NCBI GenBank assembly: GCA_965238005.1
Contig: OZ250165.1
Span: forward strand, 160,001 to 224,000
DNA from: Longimicrobiales bacterium
Lineage (GTDB): Bacteria > Gemmatimonadota > Gemmatimonadetes > Longimicrobiales > Gaopeijiaceae
Length of the DNA stretch: 64,000 nt
Reading direction: 5' to 3'
Shown here: positions 29,338 to 39,341 of the stretch, in pieces
Numbering within the stretch: position 1 is the first letter of the stretch
Layout: every line of letters starts with the position of its first letter
Translations under genes and position numbers: made by a program
The notes under the pieces: model-generated
The model's database searches: none
What the model was told of the DNA's origin: nothing
What the model saw: only the letters and a program-made list of their open reading frames with translations

Positions 29338-30812
29338 GCCGACACGGACCGACCGATGAGGTCGTACTCCAGGGCGTCCACGATCTCCACTGTGACGATC
29401 TCACCCGGCTTCAGTCCTGGGTCCGGGTGCAGGTGTGTGACGCCGTCCACGTCGAGGGCTTGCCCCACGGTCCGCGCGACCCCGACCGGCCGACCCCGGG
29501 CGGCATCGCCCAGGGGACCCGGATCGTCCACGACGTCGTCGATCAGCGCCTGGATCCGGCGCCCCACCAGCTCTGCGTTCCGCTCCGCCGAGATCATGCG
29601 CTGAAGATCCATGACCTCCTCCAGTCTCTCTCGCATGAGGGAATCGGGTACTTGATCGGGCATCTCGGCGGCGGGGGTACCGTCTTCCACGGAGTACGTG
29701 AACGCTCCGACCCGATCGAAGCGGATCTCTTCCAGAAGATCCAGCATTTCCCGAAAGTCGCCGTCGGTCTCTCCGGGGAATCCGACGATCACTGTCGTGC
29801 GGAGGGTGAGGTCGGGGACCATGTCCCGGAGCCAGGCCACGCGCTCCCGGATGATGCTCCGGCGCTCCGGCCTCCTCATGGCCTCCAGAATGCGATCGCT
29901 GCCGTGCTGGAGCGGCATGTCCAGGTACGGGAGGATGGCCTCCTCCTCCGCCATGAGCTCCACGACCTCGGGGGTGATGCCGGACGGATACATGTAGAAG
30001 AGGCGATACCAGAGCACGTCGGTGTCGTGGACGAGGGCTCGGAGGAGCTCCGGAAGGAGCGGAGCGGAACGGTCCTTGCGCCACAGATCGCGTCCGTACC
30101 ACGTGGTGTCCTGGGAGATGATGTTGAGCTCCTTCACGCCCTGGCGGGCTAGGGCCTGCGCCTCGGCCACCAGCTCCTCCAGCGGGGCCGAACGGTGAAG
30201 CCCTCGAAAGCTCGGGATGGCACAGAACGCGCACGTGTGGTCGCACCCTTCGCTGATCTTCAGGAACGACGTGTGCGGCGTCTCGGTCGACAGGATCCTG
30301 AGGGGTTGTTCCATGTTGGGAACGGCCTCGGGCACCTCGGCGAGGAGGCCGCGGTCGCGTAGCTCCGGCACCAGGGAGGCCATCTCCGTGAGACCGAGGA
30401 AGAGGTCCACCTCGGGGATCTCCGACTGGAGCTCCTCCTTGTAGCGCTGCACCATGCATCCCACGGCCACCACCGCCCGTATGCTGCCCTCCTCCTTGAG
30501 CTGGCACGCCTCCAGGATCGTCTCGATGGACTGCTCCTTGGCCGCCTCGATGAACCCGCACGTGTTCACCACCACCACGTCGGAGCCCTCCACGTCCGAG
30601 GAGACCCGGGCGCCGTGTCCCACCAGCGCGGCCATCATCTTCTCGGAGTCCACGGTGTTCTTGTCGCACCCGAGAGTCACCAGACCGATGCGCGGTCCGT
30701 CCTCGGGACCGACGGGATCGATGTCCAGGCGGACCGCCTCGACGTCCGGCGCCACATCGGTCCGTATGGGGTCCGGCGACAGAGGGAAGACCGGGAGTTC
30801 CCTCGTCCTCAT
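29334..30812 (-). CDS. rimO: Ribosomal protein S12 methylthiotransferase RimO
   Basis: TLGCDKNTVDSE, VNTCGFI, KISEGCDHTCAFCAIP, TRAM domain; ATG overlaps the lolA stop. Confidence 0.95.
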   Translation of the reverse strand: MRTRELPVFPLSPDPIRTDVAPDVEAVRLDIDPVGPEDGPRIGLVTLGCDKNTVDSEKMMAALVGHGARVSSDVEGSDVVVVNTCGFIEAAKEQSIETILEACQLKEEGSIRAVVAVGCMVQRYKEELQSEIPEVDLFLGLTEMASLVPELRDRGLLAEVPEAVPNMEQPLRILSTETPHTSFLKISEGCDHTCAFCAIPSFRGLHRSAPLEELVAEAQALARQGVKELNIISQDTTWYGRDLWRKDRSAPLLPELLRALVHDTDVLWYRLFYMYPSGITPEVVELMAEEEAILPYLDMPLQHGSDRILEAMRRPERRSIIRERVAWLRDMVPDLTLRTTVIVGFPGETDGDFREMLDLLEEIRFDRVGAFTYSVEDGTPAAEMPDQVPDSLMRERLEEVMDLQRMISAERNAELVGRRIQALIDDVVDDPGPLGDAARGRPVGVARTVGQALDVDGVTHLHPDPGLKPGEIVTVEIVDALEYDLIGRSVSA

Positions 30813-31471
30813 CGCGTCATCACCCGGGCGCCCGGCGGTGGCACGAAGCGAAACTCGTCGTCGGACACCTCGACGTCCACCCGGATGTCCGTGAGGCGCA
30901 CCCGCCGGATGGACTCGTTGGCGTCGTGGACGTCTATGCCCGTGATCAGATCGCTCTCGGCATCGATCCACACCACGGCCGAACGGAATCCCGCCGCCTC
31001 CCGCGGGGTGACGGTGAGCTTGTGAGACGGCCTCGCGTCCATCTCCTCGATTCCCTGGTAGGTGGCGTCGAACCGGCCTCGCGGGTCCTCGAGGAGGTTC
31101 TTGAAGAAGTTGAAGCGACCTTCAGCACCCGTGGCAGCGAAGCGCATCACCTGCTTGGCGTCCATGCTCGGATAGAAGGTCCAGAGGAATTCGCCGTCCA
31201 CCACCACCAGGTCCCCCTCGGGGTCGCTGAAGCGCATGGAGAACTCATCAGGCTGGCGCTGGCAGATCGTGCCCTCGCCGGACCGGCTCTCTCCGAGAAG
31301 CGTGACCTCGATCTCCTGGTGGAACCGGGCACAGAGCGTCTCCAGCCCCCAGAAGCGCTCTGCCGCGGCCTCCAGGACCTCGTAGGCCCGCTCGTCCTGG
31401 GCGGGAAGCCCGACCGGCACCGCGGCGCCGACGACTTCCGCCACGAGGAGCACGGGCAGGATGATGTGCAT
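30809..31471 (-). CDS. lolA: Outer-membrane lipoprotein carrier LolA
   Basis: ARFHQ, VVVDGEFLWTFYP..KQV, FRFVPPPGA; directly downstream of ftsK. Start may lie upstream (31528). Confidence 0.85.
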   Translation of the reverse strand: MHIILPVLLVAEVVGAAVPVGLPAQDERAYEVLEAAAERFWGLETLCARFHQEIEVTLLGESRSGEGTICQRQPDEFSMRFSDPEGDLVVVDGEFLWTFYPSMDAKQVMRFAATGAEGRFNFFKNLLEDPRGRFDATYQGIEEMDARPSHKLTVTPREAAGFRSAVVWIDAESDLITGIDVHDANESIRRVRLTDIRVDVEVSDDEFRFVPPPGARVMTR

Positions 31472-31573
31472 GCGGTCTCGGCATCGGGCGGGACGCTGGA
31501 GACGTGGTGAGGGGCGTGGCTCCGTCATGCGCCGTCCATACCCGTTGGGCATCGGGGCCGTTCCTAGATGCTT

Positions 31574-33898
31574 CTAGATCCCTTGGCTCGAGCAGATGGC
31601 GTCGAGCTCGTCGAGACCCACGAGGACCTCCCTCGCCTTGGAGCCCTCGGACGGGCCCAGGATCCCCGCGTCGTGAAGCTGATCCACGATCCTCGCGGCC
31701 CGGCCATAGCCGATCTTCAGGCGGCGCTGGAGGAGCGACGTGGAGCCCTGGTCATGCTGGATGCACACCTCGCCGGCCGCCCGGAAGAGCTCGTCCCAGT
31801 CCGACGGTCCGTCCCCCCCTACGGCCGACTCGGCGGCCTCCTCCAGCTCGTGGCTCCGGATCTGCTCGAGGATGTTCGACTCGTCATCCCGCACGGCTTC
31901 GTCGAAGTCCTGATTCCGAAGCTCCACCTGGTCCCGGTACCAGCCCATCATACGATCCGTCTCGGGTGTGGAGATGTAGGCTCCCTGGATGCGCACGGGC
32001 TCGTTGCTCCCCGGCGGCAGGAACAGCATGTCGCCGTTGCCGAGCAGGGCGTCCGCGCCGTTCTGGTCCAGAATCGTCCGGGAGTCCGTCTTGGATGCGA
32101 CGCGGAAGGCGATCCGGGACGGGAAGTTCGCCTTGATCAGGCCCGTGATGACGTTCACGCTGGGCCTCTGGGTCGCCACGATGAGGTGGATGCCGATGGC
32201 CCGGGCCTTCTGGGCCAGGGTCGTGAGCGGCTTCTCCACCTCGCTCTGGACGGTCATCATGAGGTCGGCCAGCTCGTCCACCACCACCACCACGTAGGGA
32301 AGCACCCCCTCCTGGTAGATCCAGCGGTCCGGGTCCTCCTCGGCTCCCCGGGCCTCGAAGCGCCGAAGGGTCACGCCCTCCCGGGCCCGCTCGTTGAACT
32401 CGCCGATGGAGCGCACGCCGTTCGCGCTCAGGAGACCGTAACGGCGCTCCATCTCCAGAACGGCCCACTTGAGGAGCCCGGCCGCGTCCCGGGGGTCGGT
32501 GACCACCCTGTGGCGGAGATGCGGAAGCATCTTGTAGGTGGAGAGCTCCACCATCTTGGGGTCCACCATGAGCAGCCGGAGCGTCTCCGGCGTGTGCCGG
32601 TAGACCAGGCTCGTAATGATGGTGTTGATGCAGATGGACTTGCCCGAGCCTGTGGTGCCCGCGATGAGGACGTGGGGCATCTCGCACAGATCCGCCACGT
32701 ATGGCTTTCCGTTGAGGTCCTTGCCCAGGGCCAGCGGCAGCTCGGCCCGGCTATTCCGGTAGGCCCGGGAATCCAGGATCTCCCGGAGCCGGACCACCTC
32801 GGGTTCGGGATTGGGGATCTCCACCCCCACAGCCCCCCTCCCCGGGATGGGCGCCACGATCCGGATGCTTTTGGCCTTCATGGCCAGCGCGAGGTCGGCG
32901 TCGAGATTGGCGATCTTGTTGACCTTTACGCCCGGAGCCGGGATCACCTCGTACTGCGTGACCACCGGACCCGTGGTCCGACCGCCGAGCTCGCTCTCGA
33001 CGCTGAACGTCCGGAGCTTCTCCACCAGGACCTCGCCCAGGGCGTCCAGCTCGCGCTCCATGTCGCCTCGATCCTCGTCGTCCCTCGTGGTCATGAATTC
33101 CATGGGCGGGAGTCCCGTCGCGCTGAGCTCTCCCTTGGGGAGGGGGTCAGGCAAGATCTCGTCCGACCCCTCGAGAGGCTCGTCGACGCCCTCGCCCTCT
33201 GACCCGGACACGGCCTCCTCGGCTGGCTCATCGTCGAGTGCCTCACCCTCCAGGTCGTCGTCGCTCGCCTCCTCTCCCTCCAAGAGCTCCATGGGCGGTG
33301 TCCGCTCGAGCCGCTCACGCGCGCGCTCGTCCCACCGGGCTTTGAGGCCCTCACCCCAGGACACGAGCTTGCCGGCACCCCGCGCCATGACGCCGCTACC
33401 CTGGGCCATCCCGTAGGCCAAGGAGCGAAGCGGATTCCATCCCAGCGTGCCCACCGACAGCACGACCAGGAGGAGTGTCAGGAAGAGGACCGCCCCCAGG
33501 AACCCCAGGGCCGTGGAAAGGGGTGGGCCTGCAAGGGTCCCCCAGCCGCCCACCGTCTCCTGCTCCTGGCCCAGCACCTGGAGTCCAACGGGAAGGATGA
33601 GCATGAGGCCCGAGGACAAGATCGCCAGACGCATGGTCCACCCCGGCGACAGCCAATCCCCCGCCCTCACACCCGCGATCAGGAGAAGGATCGGAACGAA
33701 GAACGCGGCGCCACCGAGCAGGCCGTCGAGGGCGCGCTGAGTCGTGCCACCGACGAGGCCCATCATGTTCCCCGAGGGGAACCACGCGGCCGGGCGAGAA
33801 CCGAGGGCCACCACGGGAATCAGGGCCGCGACAATAAAGAGCGCCAGTGCCAGCAGCCCTGCCGCCAGGATGTCCCGCTGCTGCTCCCGCGACAACAT
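31574..33898 (-). CDS. ftsK: DNA translocase FtsK
   Basis: N-terminal TM domain, PHVLIAGTTGSGKS, VDPKMVEL, DELADL, ATQRPS, gamma domain LQRRLKIGYGRAAR. Confidence 0.97.
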   Translation of the reverse strand: MLSREQQRDILAAGLLALALFIVAALIPVVALGSRPAAWFPSGNMMGLVGGTTQRALDGLLGGAAFFVPILLLIAGVRAGDWLSPGWTMRLAILSSGLMLILPVGLQVLGQEQETVGGWGTLAGPPLSTALGFLGAVLFLTLLLVVLSVGTLGWNPLRSLAYGMAQGSGVMARGAGKLVSWGEGLKARWDERARERLERTPPMELLEGEEASDDDLEGEALDDEPAEEAVSGSEGEGVDEPLEGSDEILPDPLPKGELSATGLPPMEFMTTRDDEDRGDMERELDALGEVLVEKLRTFSVESELGGRTTGPVVTQYEVIPAPGVKVNKIANLDADLALAMKAKSIRIVAPIPGRGAVGVEIPNPEPEVVRLREILDSRAYRNSRAELPLALGKDLNGKPYVADLCEMPHVLIAGTTGSGKSICINTIITSLVYRHTPETLRLLMVDPKMVELSTYKMLPHLRHRVVTDPRDAAGLLKWAVLEMERRYGLLSANGVRSIGEFNERAREGVTLRRFEARGAEEDPDRWIYQEGVLPYVVVVVDELADLMMTVQSEVEKPLTTLAQKARAIGIHLIVATQRPSVNVITGLIKANFPSRIAFRVASKTDSRTILDQNGADALLGNGDMLFLPPGSNEPVRIQGAYISTPETDRMMGWYRDQVELRNQDFDEAVRDDESNILEQIRSHELEEAAESAVGGDGPSDWDELFRAAGEVCIQHDQGSTSLLQRRLKIGYGRAARIVDQLHDAGILGPSEGSKAREVLVGLDELDAICSSQGI

Positions 33899-34611
33899 CA
33901 GCGGCTCGCCTCGGGGGCCCTCGGGCTCATGGAGGGAACGTAGATCACCCGCTCCTCCATCTCGGGAACGACGGCGTAGCGGTCCACCTGGGCGCAGAAT
34001 CTCAAGTCGTCGCGGAACCCGATCTCGATGAGATTCTTGCCGGCGTCGGTCATGGCGAGGAAGTCGGCACCGACGCGGAATCTGTGTGAGAGCTCCAGGG
34101 CGGCGTACCCTGCATCGTTGAGCTCGATCTCTCCGTCGTGCCGCTCGCGAAGGCTATTGAGGAGGGCGCCTGCGCAGACCGCGTCATCCACGGAGAACCT
34201 GCCCTCCCTGCCAGCGCAAACCACCACCAACCGCTCCACTGCGGCCACCGCGTCGACGGCGGCGCCGAGGTTCAGGAAGCAACATGCCAATACGCGATCA
34301 GCGTCTTCGGCCATCAGAAACGCCCGGGTCGCGTTGGTCGTGCTCATGACCAATCGCTTGTCCGCCACACGCTCCGCGACGAACTCACGGGGGGAGTTCC
34401 CGAGATCGAACCCCTCGATCATGAGGCCCTTGGACTCACCACATAGAAGTGTGTCCTCCGTGGACGAAGCGGGATACACGCCACGAGCCCCGTTCACCAG
34501 GGCCTCCACCATGGTGCTCGTGCCTCTCAGAACGTCGATGACCACGACGGTGCGCTCCGCCATGTCGAGCGCCGCGGGCTCTCCGGCCTGGAAGAATAGA
34601 TCGACCCTCAT
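33898..34611 (-). CDS. comB: 2-phosphosulfolactate phosphatase family protein (apparent in-frame deletion)
   Basis: [13 protein letters not shown]...[19 protein letters not shown]...DD motifs. Confidence 0.85.
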   Translation of the reverse strand: MRVDLFFQAGEPAALDMAERTVVVIDVLRGTSTMVEALVNGARGVYPASSTEDTLLCGESKGLMIEGFDLGNSPREFVAERVADKRLVMSTTNATRAFLMAEDADRVLACCFLNLGAAVDAVAAVERLVVVCAGREGRFSVDDAVCAGALLNSLRERHDGEIELNDAGYAALELSHRFRVGADFLAMTDAGKNLIEIGFRDDLRFCAQVDRYAVVPEMEERVIYVPSMSPRAPEASR

Positions 34612-35966
34612 CCCTGGCTCGATCGTTCGCTGAGGAATCGGTCCACGAATCCGGTGTCCACGTTCCCCGAGACGAAGCGCTCGTCCCGGGTGATCTCGGA
34701 GAGAAACGGAATGGTGGTCGTGATCCCCTCGATGACGAAGGACTCGAGCACGTGCCGCGCCCTCACGATGGCCTCCTCACGGTTGTTCCCGTGCACGATG
34801 AGCTTAGCCAGAAGAGAGTCGTAGTAAGGCGGCACCTGGTATCCACTGTAGATGTGGGTGTCGAGCCTCACTCCGGGACCCCCGGGTGGGTGGAAGGTGA
34901 GGATCAGCCCGGGCGAGGGCGCAAAGTTCCGCTCGGCGTCCTCAGCGTTCACCCGAAACTCGATGGCGTGCCCACGCAGGGTCACGTCCTCGCACGGGAA
35001 GGAGAGCGGCTCGCCCGCCGCCACCCGGATCTGCTCCTTCACCAGGTCCAGCCCGGTGGTCACCTCGGTAACGGGATGCTCCACCTGGATCCGGGTGTTC
35101 ATCTCGATGAAGTAGAACGAGCCGTCGGCCTCCAGCAGGAACTCCACCGTCCCGGCCCCCACATAGCCGATCCCCTTCGCCGCCAGCACGGCAACTTCTC
35201 CCATCTGCTCGCGCATCTCCGGAGTGAGGGCAGGTGAGGGTGCCTCTTCGATGAGCTTCTGATGCCTGCGCTGGGTGGAGCAGTCGCGCTCGCCGAGATG
35301 GACGATACGGCCGTGCTGATCCCCGAAGATCTGGAACTCGATGTGCCGCGGCCGGACGATGCACCTCTCGAGGTAGATGGTGTCGTCACCGAAGGCGGCC
35401 TGGGCTTCCGTCTGAGCGGCCTGGAGAAGGCGTCCGAAGCTCTTCGCATCCGGGGCGATGCGCATCCCCTTCCCCCCACCGCCGGCCGAAGCCTTGATCA
35501 TCACGGGGAAGCCGATCTCGTCGGCGATACGCACCGCCTCGGCGGGATCGGACACCACTCCGTCCGACCCGGGGACCGTGGGAACGCCGAGCTCGTTCAT
35601 GGTGCGCCGGGCGGTCGCCTTGTCGCCCATGGACCGGATCTGGTCCGGTGTGGGCCCGATGAAGACGATATCGGAGCGCTGGCAGATCTCGCTGAACTCG
35701 GCGTTCTCGGCCAGGAAACCGTAGCCGGGGTGGATGGCCTCGGCCCCCGTCACCTCTGCGGCCGCGATGATCTGCGGGACGTTGAGGTAGCTCTGTGCCG
35801 CGAGAGCCGGCCCAATGCAGACGTCCTCGTCGGCGAAGCGTACGTGGAGCGACTCCCGGTCCGCTTCGGAGTACACGGCCACGGCCTCCACGCCGAGCTC
35901 ATGACAGGCCCGGATGATACGGAGAGCGATCTCCCCTCGGTTGGCGATCAGGACCCTCTTGAACAC
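34608..35966 (-). CDS. accC: Acetyl-CoA carboxylase biotin carboxylase subunit
   Basis: [39 protein letters not shown]. Confidence 0.97.
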   Translation of the reverse strand: MFKRVLIANRGEIALRIIRACHELGVEAVAVYSEADRESLHVRFADEDVCIGPALAAQSYLNVPQIIAAAEVTGAEAIHPGYGFLAENAEFSEICQRSDIVFIGPTPDQIRSMGDKATARRTMNELGVPTVPGSDGVVSDPAEAVRIADEIGFPVMIKASAGGGGKGMRIAPDAKSFGRLLQAAQTEAQAAFGDDTIYLERCIVRPRHIEFQIFGDQHGRIVHLGERDCSTQRRHQKLIEEAPSPALTPEMREQMGEVAVLAAKGIGYVGAGTVEFLLEADGSFYFIEMNTRIQVEHPVTEVTTGLDLVKEQIRVAAGEPLSFPCEDVTLRGHAIEFRVNAEDAERNFAPSPGLILTFHPPGGPGVRLDTHIYSGYQVPPYYDSLLAKLIVHGNNREEAIVRARHVLESFVIEGITTTIPFLSEITRDERFVSGNVDTGFVDRFLSERSSQG

Positions 35967-36003
35967 TCAGCTACACTGTCCTGTGCCGATATGAGAAGCC
36001 GGC

Positions 36004-36504
36004 TCACGAAGGGGAGAGGCGGAACAGGACCTGCCCGAACTCTACCGGCTCCGCATTCTCAACGCAGATCTCCTGGATCACCCCCGACACCTCCGACTCC
36101 AGCTCGTTCATGAGCTTCATGGCTTCGATGATGCAGAGCGTGTCACCTGGGCTCACGCGGCGACCTACCTCGGCATAGGGCGGGGCATCCGAAGCGGGTG
36201 CGCGGAAGAAGGTGCCCACCATGGGAGACTTGATCCCGAACAGGTCCGACGCCGGTGGCGCCGCCTCAGGCTGACCATCCGTGGCGGCCACGAGAGCCGA
36301 AGCGACCGGCTCGGTCTCGGCGGCCGCAGGGGCCGCTACCGGCGGTGGTGGCGTCACGTGGTTCATTGGGGTGGCCACGACGACATCTGCCCCAGATGTC
36401 TTGGCCAGCCTGATGCGCGTGCCACCTCGCTCGATCTCGATGAAATCGAGGCCGCTGGCGTCGATAGCCTCGATGAGGCTCCGGAGGAAATCCAGGTCGA
36501 TCAT
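36004..36504 (-). CDS. accB: Biotin carboxyl carrier protein
   Basis: SPMVGTF, EAMKLMNE biotinylation motif. Confidence 0.97.
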   Translation of the reverse strand: MIDLDFLRSLIEAIDASGLDFIEIERGGTRIRLAKTSGADVVVATPMNHVTPPPPVAAPAAAETEPVASALVAATDGQPEAAPPASDLFGIKSPMVGTFFRAPASDAPPYAEVGRRVSPGDTLCIIEAMKLMNELESEVSGVIQEICVENAEPVEFGQVLFRLSPS

Positions 36505-37067
36505 GAAGAGACCCGAGTCAGATATTTGTCCTCGCGGCGGTCCACCTTGAGCACGTCCCCCTCTTCGATGAAAAGCGGTACCTGAACCACCGCCCCGGTC
36601 TCAAGCGTCGCGGGCTTGGTACCGCCCTGGGCCGTGTCACCACGGACCCCGGGATCGGTCTCGGTCACAGTCAGTTCGACGAACTGGGGGAGCTCCACGC
36701 TGAGGACGTTCCCGTCGTGGACGAGCCCCTCACACTCCATGTTCTCTTTCAGGTACTTGAGCTGATCCCCTCCCAGGAGTTCGCCCGAGATGGGGATCAT
36801 ATCGTACGTCTGTTGGTCCATGAAGTGGTAGAGCTGGCCGTCGGAGTAGCTGTAGGTGACGGGGCGGCGCTCGAGCCGGACGTCGGTCACCTTCTCCCCC
36901 GCCCGATACGTCTTGTCGACAACGGCCCCCGTCAGAACGTTCTTGAGCTTCGTCCTCACGAACGCTCCACCCTTTCCGGGCTTTACATGCTGAAAATAAG
37001 CGATCGCCCAGAGTTGCCCGTCGATGTCCAAAACCATGCCGTTGCGAAAATCAGCAGTCGAAGCCAT
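36501..37067 (-). CDS. efp: Elongation factor P
   Basis: HVKPGKGGAFVR, PGVRGDT, KPATLETG, VPLFI. Confidence 0.97.
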   Translation of the reverse strand: MASTADFRNGMVLDIDGQLWAIAYFQHVKPGKGGAFVRTKLKNVLTGAVVDKTYRAGEKVTDVRLERRPVTYSYSDGQLYHFMDQQTYDMIPISGELLGGDQLKYLKENMECEGLVHDGNVLSVELPQFVELTVTETDPGVRGDTAQGGTKPATLETGAVVQVPLFIEEGDVLKVDRREDKYLTRVSS

Positions 37068-37098
37068 GACGCCTTGTCAGTCGATGGAACCCGCGGAG

Positions 37099-37536
37099 CT
37101 ACCGGCCGGCGATGTGGGCCACGAGGCCCCTGAGCGCTAGAAGATAGCTCTGCGATCCAAATCCAAGAACAACCCCCACGGCCACGGGTGCAAGGAATGA
37201 ATGACGGCGGAATCTCTCTCGACCGGCCGTGTTGGAGAGGTGAACCTCCACGAAGGGCAGTCCGACGCCCACGAGCCCGTCTCGCAACGCCACGCTGGTA
37301 TGGGTCAGGCCACCCGGATTCACAAGAAAGCCGTCGACCCGACCGGCGGCCTCCTCCAGAAAGTCGAGAATGTCACCCTCCGAGTTGGACTGGAAGGTCT
37401 CGACCTCTACGCCCAGTTCCTCACCTAGGGACTGGGCAGCTCCATTGATGTCGTCCAACGTGTCCGTGCCGTAGACGTCGGGCTCTCTCCGGCCGAGGAG
37501 GCGAAGGTTGGGTCCATGAATGATCGCGATCCGCAC
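37099..37536 (-). CDS. aroQ: Type II 3-dehydroquinate dehydratase
   Basis: HGPNLRLLGRREPDVYG, QSNSEG, NPGGLTHTS, EVHLSN, RERFRRHS. Confidence 0.96.
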   Translation of the reverse strand: MRIAIIHGPNLRLLGRREPDVYGTDTLDDINGAAQSLGEELGVEVETFQSNSEGDILDFLEEAAGRVDGFLVNPGGLTHTSVALRDGLVGVGLPFVEVHLSNTAGRERFRRHSFLAPVAVGVVLGFGSQSYLLALRGLVAHIAGR

Positions 37537-37550
37537 GGCGTTTCCCCCTA

Positions 37551-37741
37551 GAGACCTGTGGAAGGAGTACAGCGGGTCGCGTTAGGATCGCCGAGGATCC
37601 AGCGCGTAGGCGGCGCGACGACGCGATGCTGAAGTATCGGGGAGGAGGAGCGCCAACACCCGGGGCACCGCGCGGAGCGTGGTCGGGCCCTCGCCGCCCT
37701 AACCCGAAGGGCACAGGGGGGTTGCGGTCTCATAGGTCGTC
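37551..37741. mobile_element. MITE-like repeat family B, right-truncated copy B1
   Basis: Left TIR GAGACCTGTGGAAGGAGTACAGCGGGTCGCG plus body collinear with 38896-39156; right TIR absent; the body merges into the last codons of the TPR gene. Confidence 0.85.
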
Positions 37742-38881
37742 GGTCTCGCCATCGGAGGGTCCGTCCGGAGCGAGGGACTCGACGGGAACCACCGGACGAT
37801 CGTCGTGAACGGAGGACGCATCCTCCGTCGCCAAGGATCCAACAGGCTCCGGATCGGCTACCGGTGGCTCCACCACCAGAGGATCCGGATCCGGCGCGAG
37901 GTCCTCCACGGGGACCGCCGGCTCGGGTGCAACGGCCTCCGTCGGGTCCAGGTCCGGAGCCAAGGACTCGATGGGAACCACGGGACGGTCGTCCGCAGCC
38001 ACGGGCTCCGGGTCAGGCGCCAGGGATTCGATGGGGACCAGGGGACGGTCGTCCGCGGCCACGGGCTCCGGGTCAGGCGCCACGGATTCGATGGGGACTA
38101 GGGGACGACCGTCGGCTAGGCCTGTGTCGATACTCCAGATCAGCTCGGCCACGCGGTGAAGAAACATCCCATTGTCGGGATCATCGGCGAGGAGCTTCCG
38201 GTAGACCTCCACCGCCTTGTCCACGGCGCCTTGCTTCGCATAAAGCTCGGCCAGCGTCTGGGTGTAGATCTCCCCGTCATCCTCGGCCACGTCCTCGGCC
38301 GGGGGCTCCACCTCCACGACAGGCTCCTCGAGCACGACCTCGTCCGGGGCCGACACCTCCGCCGTCTCCAGCGGCGCCGCGTCCTCCACCGGAACCGCCT
38401 CCGCAAGCGAATCCTCCACCACCGGCTCTTCCGGCGCCACCGCCTCGGTTCCAGCGGCCGTAGACGCTTCCGCCACCTCGGCCTGGAGGCTCTCCAGCAC
38501 AGCAAGCACCTCCGGATCGTCGGGCTCTAGCTCGACCAACCTCTCTATGTACGTCAGTCCCCGACTGGCATCTTCCACCAGCTCGGCCAGGGAGCGCAGA
38601 GCCACCCCGTTCTCGGCATCGAGCTCCAGGACTCGCTCCAACGCGCGGATCGCGCTGTCGACCTCCCCCCGATCCCGATACAGCCACCCCACCACCACGT
38701 GACCCGAAGCGGAACCGGGGTGGCCGACCAGTCCCTCCTGAAGCACGTCGAGAGCCTGGTCCAGCTCGCCCAGCCGACGGTGAGCGTCGGCCAGGGGCAC
38801 GAAAGCGCGACCGGTAGGATCCTTCTCGGAAAAGAAGATCTCCTTGAGCCGATCGATCTGCTGATTCAGCGGTTCGGGCAC
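37730..38881 (-). CDS. Tetratricopeptide repeat protein with acidic linker and C-terminal VP(I/V)ESLAPD repeats
   Basis: FVPLADAHRRLGE, VLELDAEN, IYTQTLAELYAKQG TPR motifs; repeated PIESLAPD. Confidence 0.85.
   Translation of the reverse strand: MPEPLNQQIDRLKEIFFSEKDPTGRAFVPLADAHRRLGELDQALDVLQEGLVGHPGSASGHVVVGWLYRDRGEVDSAIRALERVLELDAENGVALRSLAELVEDASRGLTYIERLVELEPDDPEVLAVLESLQAEVAEASTAAGTEAVAPEEPVVEDSLAEAVPVEDAAPLETAEVSAPDEVVLEEPVVEVEPPAEDVAEDDGEIYTQTLAELYAKQGAVDKAVEVYRKLLADDPDNGMFLHRVAELIWSIDTGLADGRPLVPIESVAPDPEPVAADDRPLVPIESLAPDPEPVAADDRPVVPIESLAPDLDPTEAVAPEPAVPVEDLAPDPDPLVVEPPVADPEPVGSLATEDASSVHDDRPVVPVESLAPDGPSDGETDDL
37945..38115 (-). repeat. 60-bp coding tandem repeat (about 3 copies; ADDRPLVPIESLAPDPEPVA)
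   Basis: Lines 37981-38100 repeat with a 60-bp period; more degenerate copies follow. Confidence 0.9.
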
Positions 38882-38895
38882 AGCGTACTCCCCTC

Positions 38896-39156
38896 GAGGT
38901 CTGTTGAAGGAGTACAGCGGGTCGCGTTAGGAGCACCGAGGGTCCAGCGCGTAGGCGGCGGGACGACGCGATGCTGGAGTATCGGGGAGGAGCGCCAACA
39001 CCCGGGGCACCGCGCGGAGCGTGGTCGGGCCCTCGCCGCCCTAACCCGAAGGGCACAAGGGGGTTGTGGTCTCATAGGTCGTCTCTCCTCGTCGTTTCTA
39101 CTCTGAGCCTCACAAGACCCCTGTGCGCGACCCACTGTACTTCTTCAACAGACCTC
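38896..39156. mobile_element. MITE-like repeat family B, full copy B2 (261 bp)
   Basis: 31-bp TIRs with 29/31 match: GAGGTCTGTTGAAGGAGTACAGCGGGTCGCG vs reverse complement of the right end GAGGTCTGTTGAAGAAGTACAGTGGGTCGCG. Confidence 0.88.
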
Positions 39157-39204
39157 CCGAATTGGAAAAATACGGGGCTGAGCTGAAGAAAGAGTGGACG
39201 GGGC

Positions 39205-39234
39205 AAGATACTGATTCCGCCAAAAACGTGTCAA
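39205..39234 (-). promoter_or_regulatory. Sigma70-type promoter for the leftward TPR-aroQ-efp-acc operon
   Basis: Minus strand TTGACA-18 nt-TATCTT in the divergent intergenic region. Confidence 0.55.
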
Positions 39235-39341
39235 CGAAGGAGGTTGAGGGCCCCATAGGGTGCCGTTATTTTTGAAGGCCTTTTGCGTATGAAAGGGGCG
39301 AGTCTTCTTGACCGCCGCACACGCCGAGGAGTAGCCGGGTT

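Noticed and set aside
37551..39156. Composite transposon carrying the TPR gene as foreign cargo
   Set aside because: The gene looks native in composition and is in operon orientation with aroQ-efp; no transposase or flanking target duplication is visible and B1 is incomplete.
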